Of a DNA stretch of 64,000 nucleotides, positions 9,005-18,019 are shown piece by piece. The position numbers were made by a program, and so were the translations under genes. Within the stretch, counting starts at the first letter, position 1. Each line of letters starts with the position of its first letter. Under the pieces are notes generated by a model. The model did not search any database. It saw only the letters and a program-made list of their open reading frames with translations, and was not told where the DNA came from. Source of the DNA: Thermodesulfobacteriota bacterium (lineage in GTDB: Bacteria > Desulfobacterota > GWC2-55-46). The stretch lies in NCBI GenBank assembly GCA_046757705.1, contig JBHHYT010000001.1:237-64236 (forward strand), read 5' to 3'.

Positions 9005-9733
9005 CTACCGGCGCGGCGCCGGGGCGAGCAGGTTGTACTTGATGATGTGCCAGAAGGCGGCCACTCCGTCCTTCCAGTTTATCTTCTTGCCCTCGTCGTA
9101 GGTCCTTCCGGCGTAGGAGATGGACGTCTCGTATATCCTGTACCTGCCCCTGGCGACCTTGGCCGTGACCTCGGGCTCGAAGCCGAACCTGTCGGACTCG
9201 AGGGTAAAGGACCTCAGGACCTCCGTCCTGAATGCCTTGTACCCGGTCTCCATGTCGGAGAGGTTTATGTTCGTGAGCATATTCGAGAAGAAGGTCAGCA
9301 CCTTGTTGCCGACCATGTGCCAGAAAAAGAGCACCCTGTGGCTGTTGCCCATGAAGCGAGAGCCGTAGACCACGTCGGCCCTGCCCTCTATTATCGGCTC
9401 GAGGAGCTTTTCGTAATCCCTGGGGTCGTACTCGAGGTCGGCGTCCTGAACGATGACCACGTCGCCGGTGACGTTCTCTAAGGCGGTCCTCAGGGCGGCC
9501 CCTTTGCCCATGTTCTTCTCCTTGAGGATGAGCTTGAGCCTGCACTCCTTATACGGCCACTTCTTCTCGAGTCCGGCGAGCAGGTCCCTGGTGCCGTCCA
9601 CCGAGCAGTCGTCCACTACAATCAGCTCCGCGGGTATCCCCGTGGCGGTCACCCTCTTTATCACCTCGAGGACGAACTCCCTCTCGTTGAAGACAGGCAT
9701 TACGACCGATACGCTCAGTTTTTTTGAAGACAT
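9005..9733 (-). CDS. Family 2 glycosyltransferase (polyprenyl-phosphate sugar synthase-like, DPM1/ArnC-type)
   Basis: 242 aa. VVMPVFNE...VVDDCSVDGT...VQDADLEYDP (DxD). Short soluble GT-A fold, typical of Dpm1/ArnC-like enzymes. Confidence 0.8.
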   Translation of the reverse strand: MSSKKLSVSVVMPVFNEREFVLEVIKRVTATGIPAELIVVDDCSVDGTRDLLAGLEKKWPYKECRLKLILKEKNMGKGAALRTALENVTGDVVIVQDADLEYDPRDYEKLLEPIIEGRADVVYGSRFMGNSHRVLFFWHMVGNKVLTFFSNMLTNINLSDMETGYKAFRTEVLRSFTLESDRFGFEPEVTAKVARGRYRIYETSISYAGRTYDEGKKINWKDGVAAFWHIIKYNLLAPAPRR

Positions 9734-9938
9734 CCGAAACCCCGTGAAAATAATCAGGACGCCATGACGACTACGCCCGAAAGAATTTTATACAATAAAA
9801 ATAAGTGGATGTCCATAAAAGCCCTATCCCTGCCGAGGGCCCCTGCTTAAAACCTTTTAATTTGCCCCCCCATGGGGTTGCTGTTATACTTATCGGTGCG
9901 TCATATTATATACTTTTGCTAAAAGAGGTAAAGGCATC

Positions 9939-11099
9939 ATGAAAGGGACAGAGATTACGCCTCGGCGCCTGGCCCTCGCAGCAGGCGTTTTTTTTATTTG
10001 CCTCCTCGCGCTGGCGTCCGCTTCCCGGGCCGGGGACCTCAGGGCGCGGTTCGTCAAGGACTACAGGGCGAAGAACCTCCCCGCGCTATCGGAGCTGGTA
10101 AAGACCAACGCCCCAGCGATATCGGCAGAGGTCAAGGCCATCTTGAAAGAGGCCATGGCCGATGGCGTGGACTTCGAGCAGCGGATGCGTCTGCTCGATA
10201 TCGCCAGCGCCATGGCGTCGATGCACAAGCACTGGAACGGCGACGAGTTACTCGCCGCCGAGGTCGACGCCATACTGCGCGCCGAGGTGGACAAGGAGAA
10301 GAAGCGTCGGGCCGAGCTGACCAGGCGGGAGAACTTCAAGAAGTTCCTCGGCAACTTCGTTTTGCGCGATAAGGCGGCGCGGATGGAGGCGACGGGGCTT
10401 GCCCCTGTCTTATACCCCCACTGGCTCCACCGGCTGTACTACAGCTGCAAGGCGTGCCACGGCGGCCTGTTCAAGATGAAGCGCGGGGCCGACACCCTGA
10501 CGCACGCCGCGATGCGCAAAGGCAGGGTCTGCGGCAGGTGCCACGACGGCAAGACCGCCTTCAGCACGGAGACGCCGGTGTGCAAGACCTGCCACGCCGC
10601 CGGGCTCGACGAGGCGCGCCGCTTCGCGGACGTCTCCACGCTCGACCTCGACAGGGTAAAGAAGACCGCCGAACGGGTCGGCTCCGTATGGAGCACCGAG
10701 GACCTGCCCCCCGGCCGCATCCCGCTCGACCGCTTCGGCTCCATAGACTGGGTCTACCTGAGGTCCGTGCAGGCGATCAAGCCGGTAAAGTCGCTTGACG
10801 GAGAGGCGCGTGAGAAGGTGCGGGACAACGTCATACTCTTCGAGTCCCCCATGGAGGGCATCTCGACGGTCCCGTTCGACCACAAGACGCACTCCTCCCG
10901 GATTCGCTGCGCGAGCTGCCACCCGGCGCTTTTCAAGAAAGTCCTCGGCGGCAACAAGGTGGACTCAAAGGCCATGGCCAGGGGGAAGTTCTGCGGGTAC
11001 TGCCACGGCAAGGTGGCCTTCAGGTTCGCCGAGTGCAACAAGTGCCACACGACGGGGGAGTACAAGCCCCCGGAAGGCGCGCTGAGGAGAGGGGAGTGA
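9939..11099 (+). CDS. Secreted hexahaem c-type cytochrome (c3/c7 family-like) with N-terminal helical domain
   Basis: 386 aa. Signal peptide. Six CxxCH motifs (CKACH, CGRCH, CKTCH, CASCH, CGYCH, CNKCH) with c3-type distal His patterns (YPHWLH...CKACH, FDHKTH...CASCH). AGAGGTAAAGG Shine-Dalgarno. Confidence 0.8.
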   Translation: MKGTEITPRRLALAAGVFFICLLALASASRAGDLRARFVKDYRAKNLPALSELVKTNAPAISAEVKAILKEAMADGVDFEQRMRLLDIASAMASMHKHWNGDELLAAEVDAILRAEVDKEKKRRAELTRRENFKKFLGNFVLRDKAARMEATGLAPVLYPHWLHRLYYSCKACHGGLFKMKRGADTLTHAAMRKGRVCGRCHDGKTAFSTETPVCKTCHAAGLDEARRFADVSTLDLDRVKKTAERVGSVWSTEDLPPGRIPLDRFGSIDWVYLRSVQAIKPVKSLDGEAREKVRDNVILFESPMEGISTVPFDHKTHSSRIRCASCHPALFKKVLGGNKVDSKAMARGKFCGYCHGKVAFRFAECNKCHTTGEYKPPEGALRRGE

Positions 11100-11509
11100 A
11101 AAATCCCCCTTTCACCCATCAGGGAAGAGTGAAAGGGTGAGGGGAATGGACCGTTGGAAGGAGCGTAAGCGATACGGCGATCCATCCTTTGCCTGTCATT
11201 CCGAGGAGCCGGAGGCGACGAAGGATCTCTGCGCCAGCAGGATGCAGAAAATGCAGGTCGATTTTATATATCGTCACTCCTCCCCTTCGGGGAGAGGAAC
11301 CGCGGGGGGTGTTCCCTCGCCGTTTGCGTCCCTGCGGGACGCTTCCGGTGATTAGGCTCGCTCAGCTAGGCCGCCTCAGCCCCGTTCGCGCGCCCCGCTT
11401 AAGGTCGCTACGCGCCCTAAGGCGCTGGCCCCGGCGCGCTCTCCCGCCTCTTCCCAAAGCGCCGCTCGCTCTAATCACCCGGTGTATTTTCTAAGAACAA
11501 GAAGGCCCC

Positions 11510-11535
11510 CCCTCTACTTCCCCTTTTCAAAGGGG
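11510..11535 (-). terminator. Hairpin (possible terminator) after the selenoprotein gene
   Basis: Perfect inverted repeat CTTCCCCTT-TTCA-AAGGGGAAG 12-37 nt past the stop. Weak U-tract. Confidence 0.35.
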
Positions 11536-11546
11536 AAGTACCCTGT

Positions 11547-12341
11547 TTACTCCCCCAGCTCCCCGTACCTCTTCCACGGATACGGCAGGTCTATTATCGT
11601 GCCGGGCTCCTTTATCTCGCGCAGTGCCCTGAACGCCTCCCTGATGACCGCCCTCTGCACGTCCACCCTGAATGGCTCTCCGAGAGGGTGGCCCATAGGC
11701 CACTTCACGAAGACCGAACGGGGGGGCTTGACCTGCTCCGTGAACCTGCGGACTATCGAGACCCCGATGGTCGGGATGCCCGCCTCCTCTATCGCCCTCT
11801 GTATCAGTCCCACGGACCGATTGCAGAGCCCTCAGCCGGGGGTGAGCAGGACAGCGCCGGCCCCCTCTTCCCTGAGCCGGGAGGCGACCTCCGGCGCGGT
11901 CTTCCTTATGAGAGTCTCTATGTACGGGCCGTCGACGTGGCCCATGAACCCGAAGTTCACCGGCGCGAGCGACCCTATCGCACCCGCCTGCTCCATCTCC
12001 TTGAGACGGTCTATGGGGTACACGATGTTCAGGTCCTTGTCCGCATCCGTGTGGTCGTAGTAGTCGTGGGTGATGGTGTAATCCCCACGCGGCGCACCGG
12101 AGGGAAGCTCCCTGAAGGACGGGTCTCCGTTCGGGTCCTCCATGTCGAAGGGTTCCTGCGACCTCAGGTGCACCCCTGCTGTCGTCACCAGGGCGACCAT
12201 GCACCCAGAGAGGTCCCCGGCAAAGGGCATCCACGGCACCCCCTCCACCTCTATGGCCGCGACCTTCTCTGCGGCCCTGTGAAGGAGCCAGGGGAACCGT
12301 GTAAGGAGCCTGGCCAGCAACCTGTTCTTGAACCTGCTCAT
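11547..12341 (-). CDS. GrdB/PrdB-family selenoprotein (D-proline/glycine reductase subunit B-like); in-frame UGA read as selenocysteine at 11832-11834
   Basis: Track ORFs 11832..12347 and 11547..11813 are in the same frame, separated only by TGA: ...GAGAVLLTPG-U-GLCNRSVGLIQRAIEEAGIPTIGV.... Surrounding sequence (VHLRSQEPFD, NIVYPIDRL, FGFMGHVDG, AVLLT.GUG.C, EEAGIP, PPRSVFVKWPMG) resembles PrdB/GrdB as recalled. SECIS-like hairpin begins 4 nt after the UGA. Confidence 0.65.
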
Positions 12342-12513
12342 GGGCAACCGCCTTTAGGGGCCAGCTGGATGTTGAAAAAGTCCATCCATGGCTTTTTCAA
12401 GTACGATCCGGCCGGAATGAATCCGTCCAGATCTCACGAATTGCTCGAATCCTTCAGTCTCGCAATCCGGCAATCCGTCCATGGATTGCAGCAGGTTGTT
12501 TTTCAACGACCCG

Positions 12514-12885
12514 CTAAAATATCCCTGCGTCTTTCTGTATCTTGCGCACGTATTTTATTATATCATCGACCTCTTCCGGGGCAACGCCCTTTACGGGGGG
12601 CATGTTGCCGAACCTCCAGTGGTGGGAGGATACGCCCTGGGTGACCGCCCTCCTGAAACTCCAGTCGGAGTGGTGGTTCGGGCGGTATATCCTGTGCACC
12701 AGCGGCGGGCCCTTGTCCGTGCCCGCTCCCTTGATGCCGTGACAGCCCGCGCAGTATTTATTGAAGTACGCCTCTCCGCTCCTTACCGGGTCCTTTACCA
12801 TTATCGACTCTACGGCGGCCGCGTTCGTCGAAACGAGCAGCAGGCCGGTTAAAAACATGATGACCGGAAAAATCTTCAATATCAT
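12514..12885 (-). CDS. Monohaem c-type cytochrome (class I)
   Basis: About 123 aa from internal ATG (MILKIFPVIMFLTGLLLVSTNAAA signal). Single CAGCHG haem-binding motif and a distal Met region. Confidence 0.6.
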   Translation of the reverse strand: MILKIFPVIMFLTGLLLVSTNAAAVESIMVKDPVRSGEAYFNKYCAGCHGIKGAGTDKGPPLVHRIYRPNHHSDWSFRRAVTQGVSSHHWRFGNMPPVKGVAPEEVDDIIKYVRKIQKDAGIF

Positions 12886-12948
12886 CTCCTCGTTAAAGAT
12901 TGGCGACCGGAAGGCTACCACAACGGGCCGTACCGGTCAAAGGCGTCC

Positions 12949-15657
12949 TTACGCCGGTTTGAACCGCTTCAAGCGCAAGGCGTTGGTTACGACGGTGACC
13001 GATGAGAGCCCCATGGCCGCCGCGGCGAACATCGGGTTGAGCAGTATGCCGAAGAACGGGTACAGGACGCCCGCGGCCACCGGTATCAGTACCACGTTAT
13101 AGAAGAATGCCCAGAAGAGGTTCTGCTTGATGTTCCTGATGGTGGCCCGGCTAAGAGCGATGGCCGTTACGATGGAGCGCAGGTCGCCTCCTATGAGCGT
13201 TATGTCCGAGGCCTCCATGGCAACGTCCGTGCCCGTGCCGATGGCTATGCCCACGTCCGCCTGAGCGAGCGCAGGGGCGTCGTTTATGCCGTCGCCGACC
13301 ATAGCGACGACCTTGCCCTCGTCCTGAAGCTTTTTGACCTCCCGCGCCTTGTCCTCGGGCAGCACCTCGGCCAGGACCCTGCCCACGCCGAGGTCCCTGC
13401 CTATGGCGGCCGCCGTCCTCTTGTTGTCCCCCGTTATGATGGCGACCTCGAGGCCCATCCTGCCAAAGGCGGCAACCGCCTCCCTGGAGTTCTCCTTGAG
13501 CGTATCGGCCACCGCCAGGAGCCCGGCGGGCCTGCCGGCCACGGCAACGTATATCGGGGTCTTGCCCTCGTCCGAGAGCCTCCCGGCGGCCTCGGTGAGC
13601 CCGCCGGTGGAGATGGACCTGTCCTCCATGAGCTTCTTGTTGCCGATGAGCACCTCGGCCCCGGCCACCTTCGCGCTTATGCCGTGACCGGGCACCGCCT
13701 CGAACCCCTCGGCGTCCACGACCGCGATGGACCGCTCCGCCGCCGCCTTTACTATCGACTCTCCGAGCGGGTGCTCGCTTCCCTTCTCGGCGCTCGCGGC
13801 GTAGAAGAGCAGCGAGCCCTCGGCGTCGAGCCCCTCTTTCAGGGCGGCCCCGGGGGCGGTCACGAGGTCGGTTAGCGACGGCTCGCCCTTCGTAAGAGTG
13901 CCGGTCTTATCGAGGACTATGGCGTTGAGCTTGTGCGCCGTCTCGAGAGATTCCCCTCCCCTTATGAGTATGCCGTTCTCGGCGCCCTTGCCGGTGCCGA
14001 CCATTATGGACGTGGGTGTCGCAAGGCCCATGGCGCACGGGCAGGCGATGATAAGCACGGCGATGAAGTTGAGCAGAGCGTAGGTGAATGCAGGCTCCGG
14101 GCCGACGAAGAACCAGACCGCGAAGGTCACGGCGGCTATGCCGAATACGATAGGCACGAAGTAGCTCGCCACGAGGTCGGCCATGCGGGCTATCGGGGGC
14201 TTTCCGCTCTGCGCCTGCTCGACCATCTTTATGATCTGGGCGAGGGTCGAGGCCTTGCCCACCCTCGTGGCCCTGAACTTGAACGAGCCGGTCTTGTTCA
14301 TCGTGGCCCCTATGACCTCGTCGCCCGGTTTCTTGCCTACCGGAAGGCTCTCCCCGCTTATCATCGACTCGTCCACAGAGGAGGCCCCCTCCACGACCAC
14401 GCCGTCCACGGGTATCTTCTCACCGGGCCGGACCACGACGGTGTCCCCCTCGACCACGTCGGCCAGCGGGATGTCGGCCTCGTTGCCGCCCCTTACCACG
14501 CGCGCCGTCTTCGCCTGCATGCCAATGAGCTTCTTTATCGCCTCGCTCGTACTGCCGCGGGCCCTCGCCTCGAGGAGGCGCCCGAGGAGGATAAGCGCTA
14601 TGATGGCGGTGGAGGTGTCGAAGTAGACGCCGGTGCCGAGCCCGCGGGCGGTGAAGAAGCCGGGAAAGAAGGCGACCGCCATGCTGTATAGATAGGCCGC
14701 GGAGGTGCCCACGGCGATCAGGGTGTTCATGTCGGTCGTCCGGTGGCGTGCGCTCGCGATGGCGCCCCTGTAGAACCGCCACCCGCTCCAGAACTGCACC
14801 GGTGTGGCGAGCACGAGGAGCAGGAGGTTGTTACGCATAATGGATGGTATCCATCGCAGCCATTCGCCGAACGAGCCGAGTATGATGAAACCGGAGACGA
14901 CGGCGGCGAACAGGAACCTCGTGCGGAGCCTTCCCAGCTCCTCCTTCTTTATCCGCTCGTCCCGCGCCACGAGGTCTTCCTCCTCGCCGGTAACAACGGC
15001 CTCGTAGCCCGCGTCTCGCACCGCCTTTACGAAGTCGTCTACCGTGGCCTCGGTGGGCAGGTAGTTTATGTTCGCCTTCTCCGTGGCGAAGTTCACGGTG
15101 GCGCTGACGACCCCCGGCACGGCGTTGAGCGCCTTCGCTATCTTCGCCACGCACGAGGCGCAGCTCATGCCCTGCACAGGCAGGACGACGTTGGCCACGC
15201 CGGCACCGTAGCCGAGCTCCTTTATCGCCTTTACGAAATCGTCTATGTGGACCTCTGACGGGTCGTAGGTGATGGAGATCTTCTCGGCGGCGAAGTTGAC
15301 GCTCGCCTCCCGGATGCCGCTCATCCCGGCGATCCCCTTCTCTATCTTCGCTGCGCACGAGGCGCAGCTCATGCCCGTTATCGGCAGGGAGACGGTCTTG
15401 GAGCCCTTTCGGGGGGCCTTCGCCTCCTTCTTCACCGCATCACCCGACGATTGTTCCGGGGCGGCCTCCGGGGCGGCCTCTTCAGGGCCGCCGGCCTTCA
15501 GGTACGCCTCCGGGTCGCGGTCGAACTTCACCTTGCAATTGGGGTTGCAGAACCAGTAGTCCACCCCGCCGTAGGTCGAGGTCCCCTTCGCCTTCTCCTT
15601 TGCCACGGTCATGTGGCAGACCGGGTCTACGGCCGTGTTTTTATCCTTTTCTTCCAT
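12949..15657 (-). CDS. copA: Copper-translocating P1B-type ATPase with N-terminal YHS/TRASH domain and two HMA domains
   Basis: DPVCHMTV...[12 protein letters not shown] (YHS). Two GMSCASC HMA motifs. [20 protein letters not shown] motifs. Start set at ATG with GGGGAG Shine-Dalgarno (MEEKDKN). Confidence 0.9.
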   Translation of the reverse strand: MEEKDKNTAVDPVCHMTVAKEKAKGTSTYGGVDYWFCNPNCKVKFDRDPEAYLKAGGPEEAAPEAAPEQSSGDAVKKEAKAPRKGSKTVSLPITGMSCASCAAKIEKGIAGMSGIREASVNFAAEKISITYDPSEVHIDDFVKAIKELGYGAGVANVVLPVQGMSCASCVAKIAKALNAVPGVVSATVNFATEKANINYLPTEATVDDFVKAVRDAGYEAVVTGEEEDLVARDERIKKEELGRLRTRFLFAAVVSGFIILGSFGEWLRWIPSIMRNNLLLLVLATPVQFWSGWRFYRGAIASARHRTTDMNTLIAVGTSAAYLYSMAVAFFPGFFTARGLGTGVYFDTSTAIIALILLGRLLEARARGSTSEAIKKLIGMQAKTARVVRGGNEADIPLADVVEGDTVVVRPGEKIPVDGVVVEGASSVDESMISGESLPVGKKPGDEVIGATMNKTGSFKFRATRVGKASTLAQIIKMVEQAQSGKPPIARMADLVASYFVPIVFGIAAVTFAVWFFVGPEPAFTYALLNFIAVLIIACPCAMGLATPTSIMVGTGKGAENGILIRGGESLETAHKLNAIVLDKTGTLTKGEPSLTDLVTAPGAALKEGLDAEGSLLFYAASAEKGSEHPLGESIVKAAAERSIAVVDAEGFEAVPGHGISAKVAGAEVLIGNKKLMEDRSISTGGLTEAAGRLSDEGKTPIYVAVAGRPAGLLAVADTLKENSREAVAAFGRMGLEVAIITGDNKRTAAAIGRDLGVGRVLAEVLPEDKAREVKKLQDEGKVVAMVGDGINDAPALAQADVGIAIGTGTDVAMEASDITLIGGDLRSIVTAIALSRATIRNIKQNLFWAFFYNVVLIPVAAGVLYPFFGILLNPMFAAAAMGLSSVTVVTNALRLKRFKPA

Positions 15658-15876
15658 AATCTCCCCTACAGTATACCCCAAACCAGATTTCATGCCATAA
15701 CCTAAGCCTATTCTACACCTTGTAGTACGATGGTTCAAGCAAATAAACAGGGCGTAAGCTCTTGCGGGTTAACGTATATTTAAGATTGTTTATCAGGGGT
15801 TACTATGTTATCTTATCTATTGCAGTTATCTTTGCCATTACCCCTTGTGGGGGCTCTGAAGGGACGCGTAAGGAAG

Positions 15877-16944
15877 ATGGACGAGTACAGGATAGACAGT
15901 CACAAGCTGATGTTTCACGTGGACCGGGTGGACAGGTGGCTCAAGGGAGAGGACGTCTACCCCATATACATGGAGGTCTCCCCCATCGGGGCGTGCAACC
16001 ACAGGTGCACCTACTGCGCCCTCGACTACATGGAGTACCAGCCCAGGTACCTCGATGCGGCCATGCTCAAGCAGAGGCTCACCGAGATGGGGCGGCTCGG
16101 GGTAAAGTCCATCATGTACGCCGGAGAGGGTGAGCCGTTACTGCACAAGGATATCGCCGGGATAATAAACCACACCAAAAGCTCCGGCATAGACGTCGCC
16201 ATTACCTCCAACGGCGCGCTCTTCAACGAAGAGCTGATGCGCGCCACCCTCGCCTCGATAACATGGATAAAGGTCAGCATAAACGCCGCCACGAAGGAGA
16301 CCTACGCGAAGGTCCACAGGACGAAGGAGGAGGACTTCGTAAAGGTCATCTCCAACATCCGCGCGGCGGTGGAGTTCAGGAAAGAGCGCGGCATCTCCTC
16401 CACCATCGGCATGCAGATGATACTTCTGCCGGATAACTTCGAGGAGGCGGTCCCTCTGGCCCGCAAGGCGAAGGAGATAGGGGCCGACTACCTCGTCATA
16501 AAGTCATACTCACAGCACCTCAAGAGCCTTACGCACAGGTACGAGGAGTTCCGGTACAGCGACTACTACTACCTCAGCGACGAGCTGGACAAGATCTCCG
16601 ACGACAACTTCAAGGTGGTCTTCAGGAAGAACGCCATGGAAAAGCTCTCGGAGAGCAACAGGGCATACGAAAAGTGCCTTGCGCTGCCCTTCTGGTCTTA
16701 CGTAGACTCCGGGGGCGGGGTGTGGGGCTGCAGCGCCTTTCTCGGCGACGAGAGGTTCCTGCTCGGCAACATAAACGAGCAGACCTTCGAGGAGATATGG
16801 AAGGGCGGGCGCAGGAAGAAGGTCATGGAGTTCGTCGCAAAGGAGCTCGATACGAGCGAGTGCCGCAAGAACTGCAGGATGGACGAGATCAACCGTTACC
16901 TCTGGGAGCTTAAAAACCCTTCCTCACACGTAAACTTTATCTAA
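15877..16944 (+). CDS. Radical SAM enzyme with C-terminal Cys cluster (SPASM/twitch-like)
   Basis: CNHRCTYC (CxxxCxxC) and GEGEPLL. C-terminal Cys cluster (WGCSAF, ECRKNCRMDE). Start at ATG 15877 (MDEYRIDSHK) with GTAAGGAAG Shine-Dalgarno. Confidence 0.75.
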   Translation: MDEYRIDSHKLMFHVDRVDRWLKGEDVYPIYMEVSPIGACNHRCTYCALDYMEYQPRYLDAAMLKQRLTEMGRLGVKSIMYAGEGEPLLHKDIAGIINHTKSSGIDVAITSNGALFNEELMRATLASITWIKVSINAATKETYAKVHRTKEEDFVKVISNIRAAVEFRKERGISSTIGMQMILLPDNFEEAVPLARKAKEIGADYLVIKSYSQHLKSLTHRYEEFRYSDYYYLSDELDKISDDNFKVVFRKNAMEKLSESNRAYEKCLALPFWSYVDSGGGVWGCSAFLGDERFLLGNINEQTFEEIWKGGRRKKVMEFVAKELDTSECRKNCRMDEINRYLWELKNPSSHVNFI

Positions 16945-16992
16945 AAACCCCCGATAAGAAAAATAAACTCCGCGAAGACCCCGGAAGACCAG

Positions 16993-18006
16993 ATGAACAA
17001 TGAACTCTTAAAATACGGTATCAAGACGCTCACAAGGGGCCTGCTTGAGCGCATGTACTACACCATGCTGAGGATTCGCATCTTCGAGGAGAAGATAGTA
17101 GAGCTGTACCCGGCCCAGGAGATGAAGTGCCCGGTGCACCTGTGCATCGGCCAGGAGGCCATCGCCGCCGGGGTCTGCCTCAACCTCGGGAAGAGAGACT
17201 ACGTCTTCTCCAACCACAGGGGCCACGGCCACTGCCTCGCCAAGGGCAGCGCCATGGGCCCGCTCATGGCGGAGTTCTACGGCAAGGCCGCGGGCTGCAG
17301 CCGGGGCAAGGGAGGGTCCATGCACATCGTGGACGTGGACAACGGCATACTCGGCACCTCGGCCATCGTCGCCGGGGGGATACCGATGGGAGTGGGCGCA
17401 GCCCTGGCCTCCGTGATGAGGAAGGAAGGGCGAGTAACCGTCATATTCTTCGGCGACGGGGCCTACGACGAGGGTGTCTTCTACGAGTCGTTCAACTTCG
17501 CCTCCCTCAAGAAACTCCCGGTGGTATTCGTCTGCGAGAACAACTTCTACGCCACGAACTCCCACCAGTCGGCCCGGCAGCCGGGCTGCAGGATATCCGA
17601 CGCCGCCAGCGCCTTCGACGCCCACGGCGTGTGCATCGACGGCAACGACGTAATGGCCGTCTACAAGGCCTCTCAAGACGCCATCCTGCGCGCCCGCAAG
17701 GGTGGCGGGCCGAGCCTCATAGAGGCCAAGACCTACAGGTGGAAGGGGCACGTGGGCCCCGATGCCGACTATGAGAAGGGCTGCCGCCCCAAGGAAGAGC
17801 TGCTCTACTGGATAGAGAAGTGCCCGGTAAAATGCTTCAGGGAGTTCCTGTTGAAGGAGCACGTGCTCAACACCGAAGAGCTTGAGGCGATAGCATCGAA
17901 GATAACGGCGGAGGTGGACGCGGCGGTGGAGTTCGGGCAGCAGAGCCCGTACCCGGACCCGTCGGAGCTTCTGACCGACGTCTACTATACGGACGCAGAA
18001 GGATAG
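16993..18006 (+). CDS. ThDP-dependent dehydrogenase E1 component, alpha subunit (PDH/acetoin-DH E1-alpha family)
   Basis: 337 aa. ThDP-binding motif IFFGDGAYDEGVFYESFNFA...VFVCENNFYA. YR.HG.HS-like region RGHGHCLAKG. Confidence 0.8.
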   Translation: MNNELLKYGIKTLTRGLLERMYYTMLRIRIFEEKIVELYPAQEMKCPVHLCIGQEAIAAGVCLNLGKRDYVFSNHRGHGHCLAKGSAMGPLMAEFYGKAAGCSRGKGGSMHIVDVDNGILGTSAIVAGGIPMGVGAALASVMRKEGRVTVIFFGDGAYDEGVFYESFNFASLKKLPVVFVCENNFYATNSHQSARQPGCRISDAASAFDAHGVCIDGNDVMAVYKASQDAILRARKGGGPSLIEAKTYRWKGHVGPDADYEKGCRPKEELLYWIEKCPVKCFREFLLKEHVLNTEELEAIASKITAEVDAAVEFGQQSPYPDPSELLTDVYYTDAEG

Positions 18007-18019
18007 GCGACGAAACGAT

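Noticed and set aside
11547-12347. Interpreting the PrdB-like locus as two separate small genes or as a frameshifted pseudogene
   Set aside because: The two pieces are in the same frame and separated by exactly one TGA at the position where this family carries Sec. A SECIS-like stem-loop follows. The downstream piece would need a GTG start with no Shine-Dalgarno. A pseudogene cannot be fully excluded without evidence for the Sec machinery.
15739-15876. A RiPP precursor peptide or metalloregulator operator in the copA-radical SAM divergent spacer
   Set aside because: No short ORF with a plausible leader/core and Shine-Dalgarno was found. No CueR-type 19-bp-spaced palindrome or CsoR GC-rich pseudo-palindrome was recognisable.
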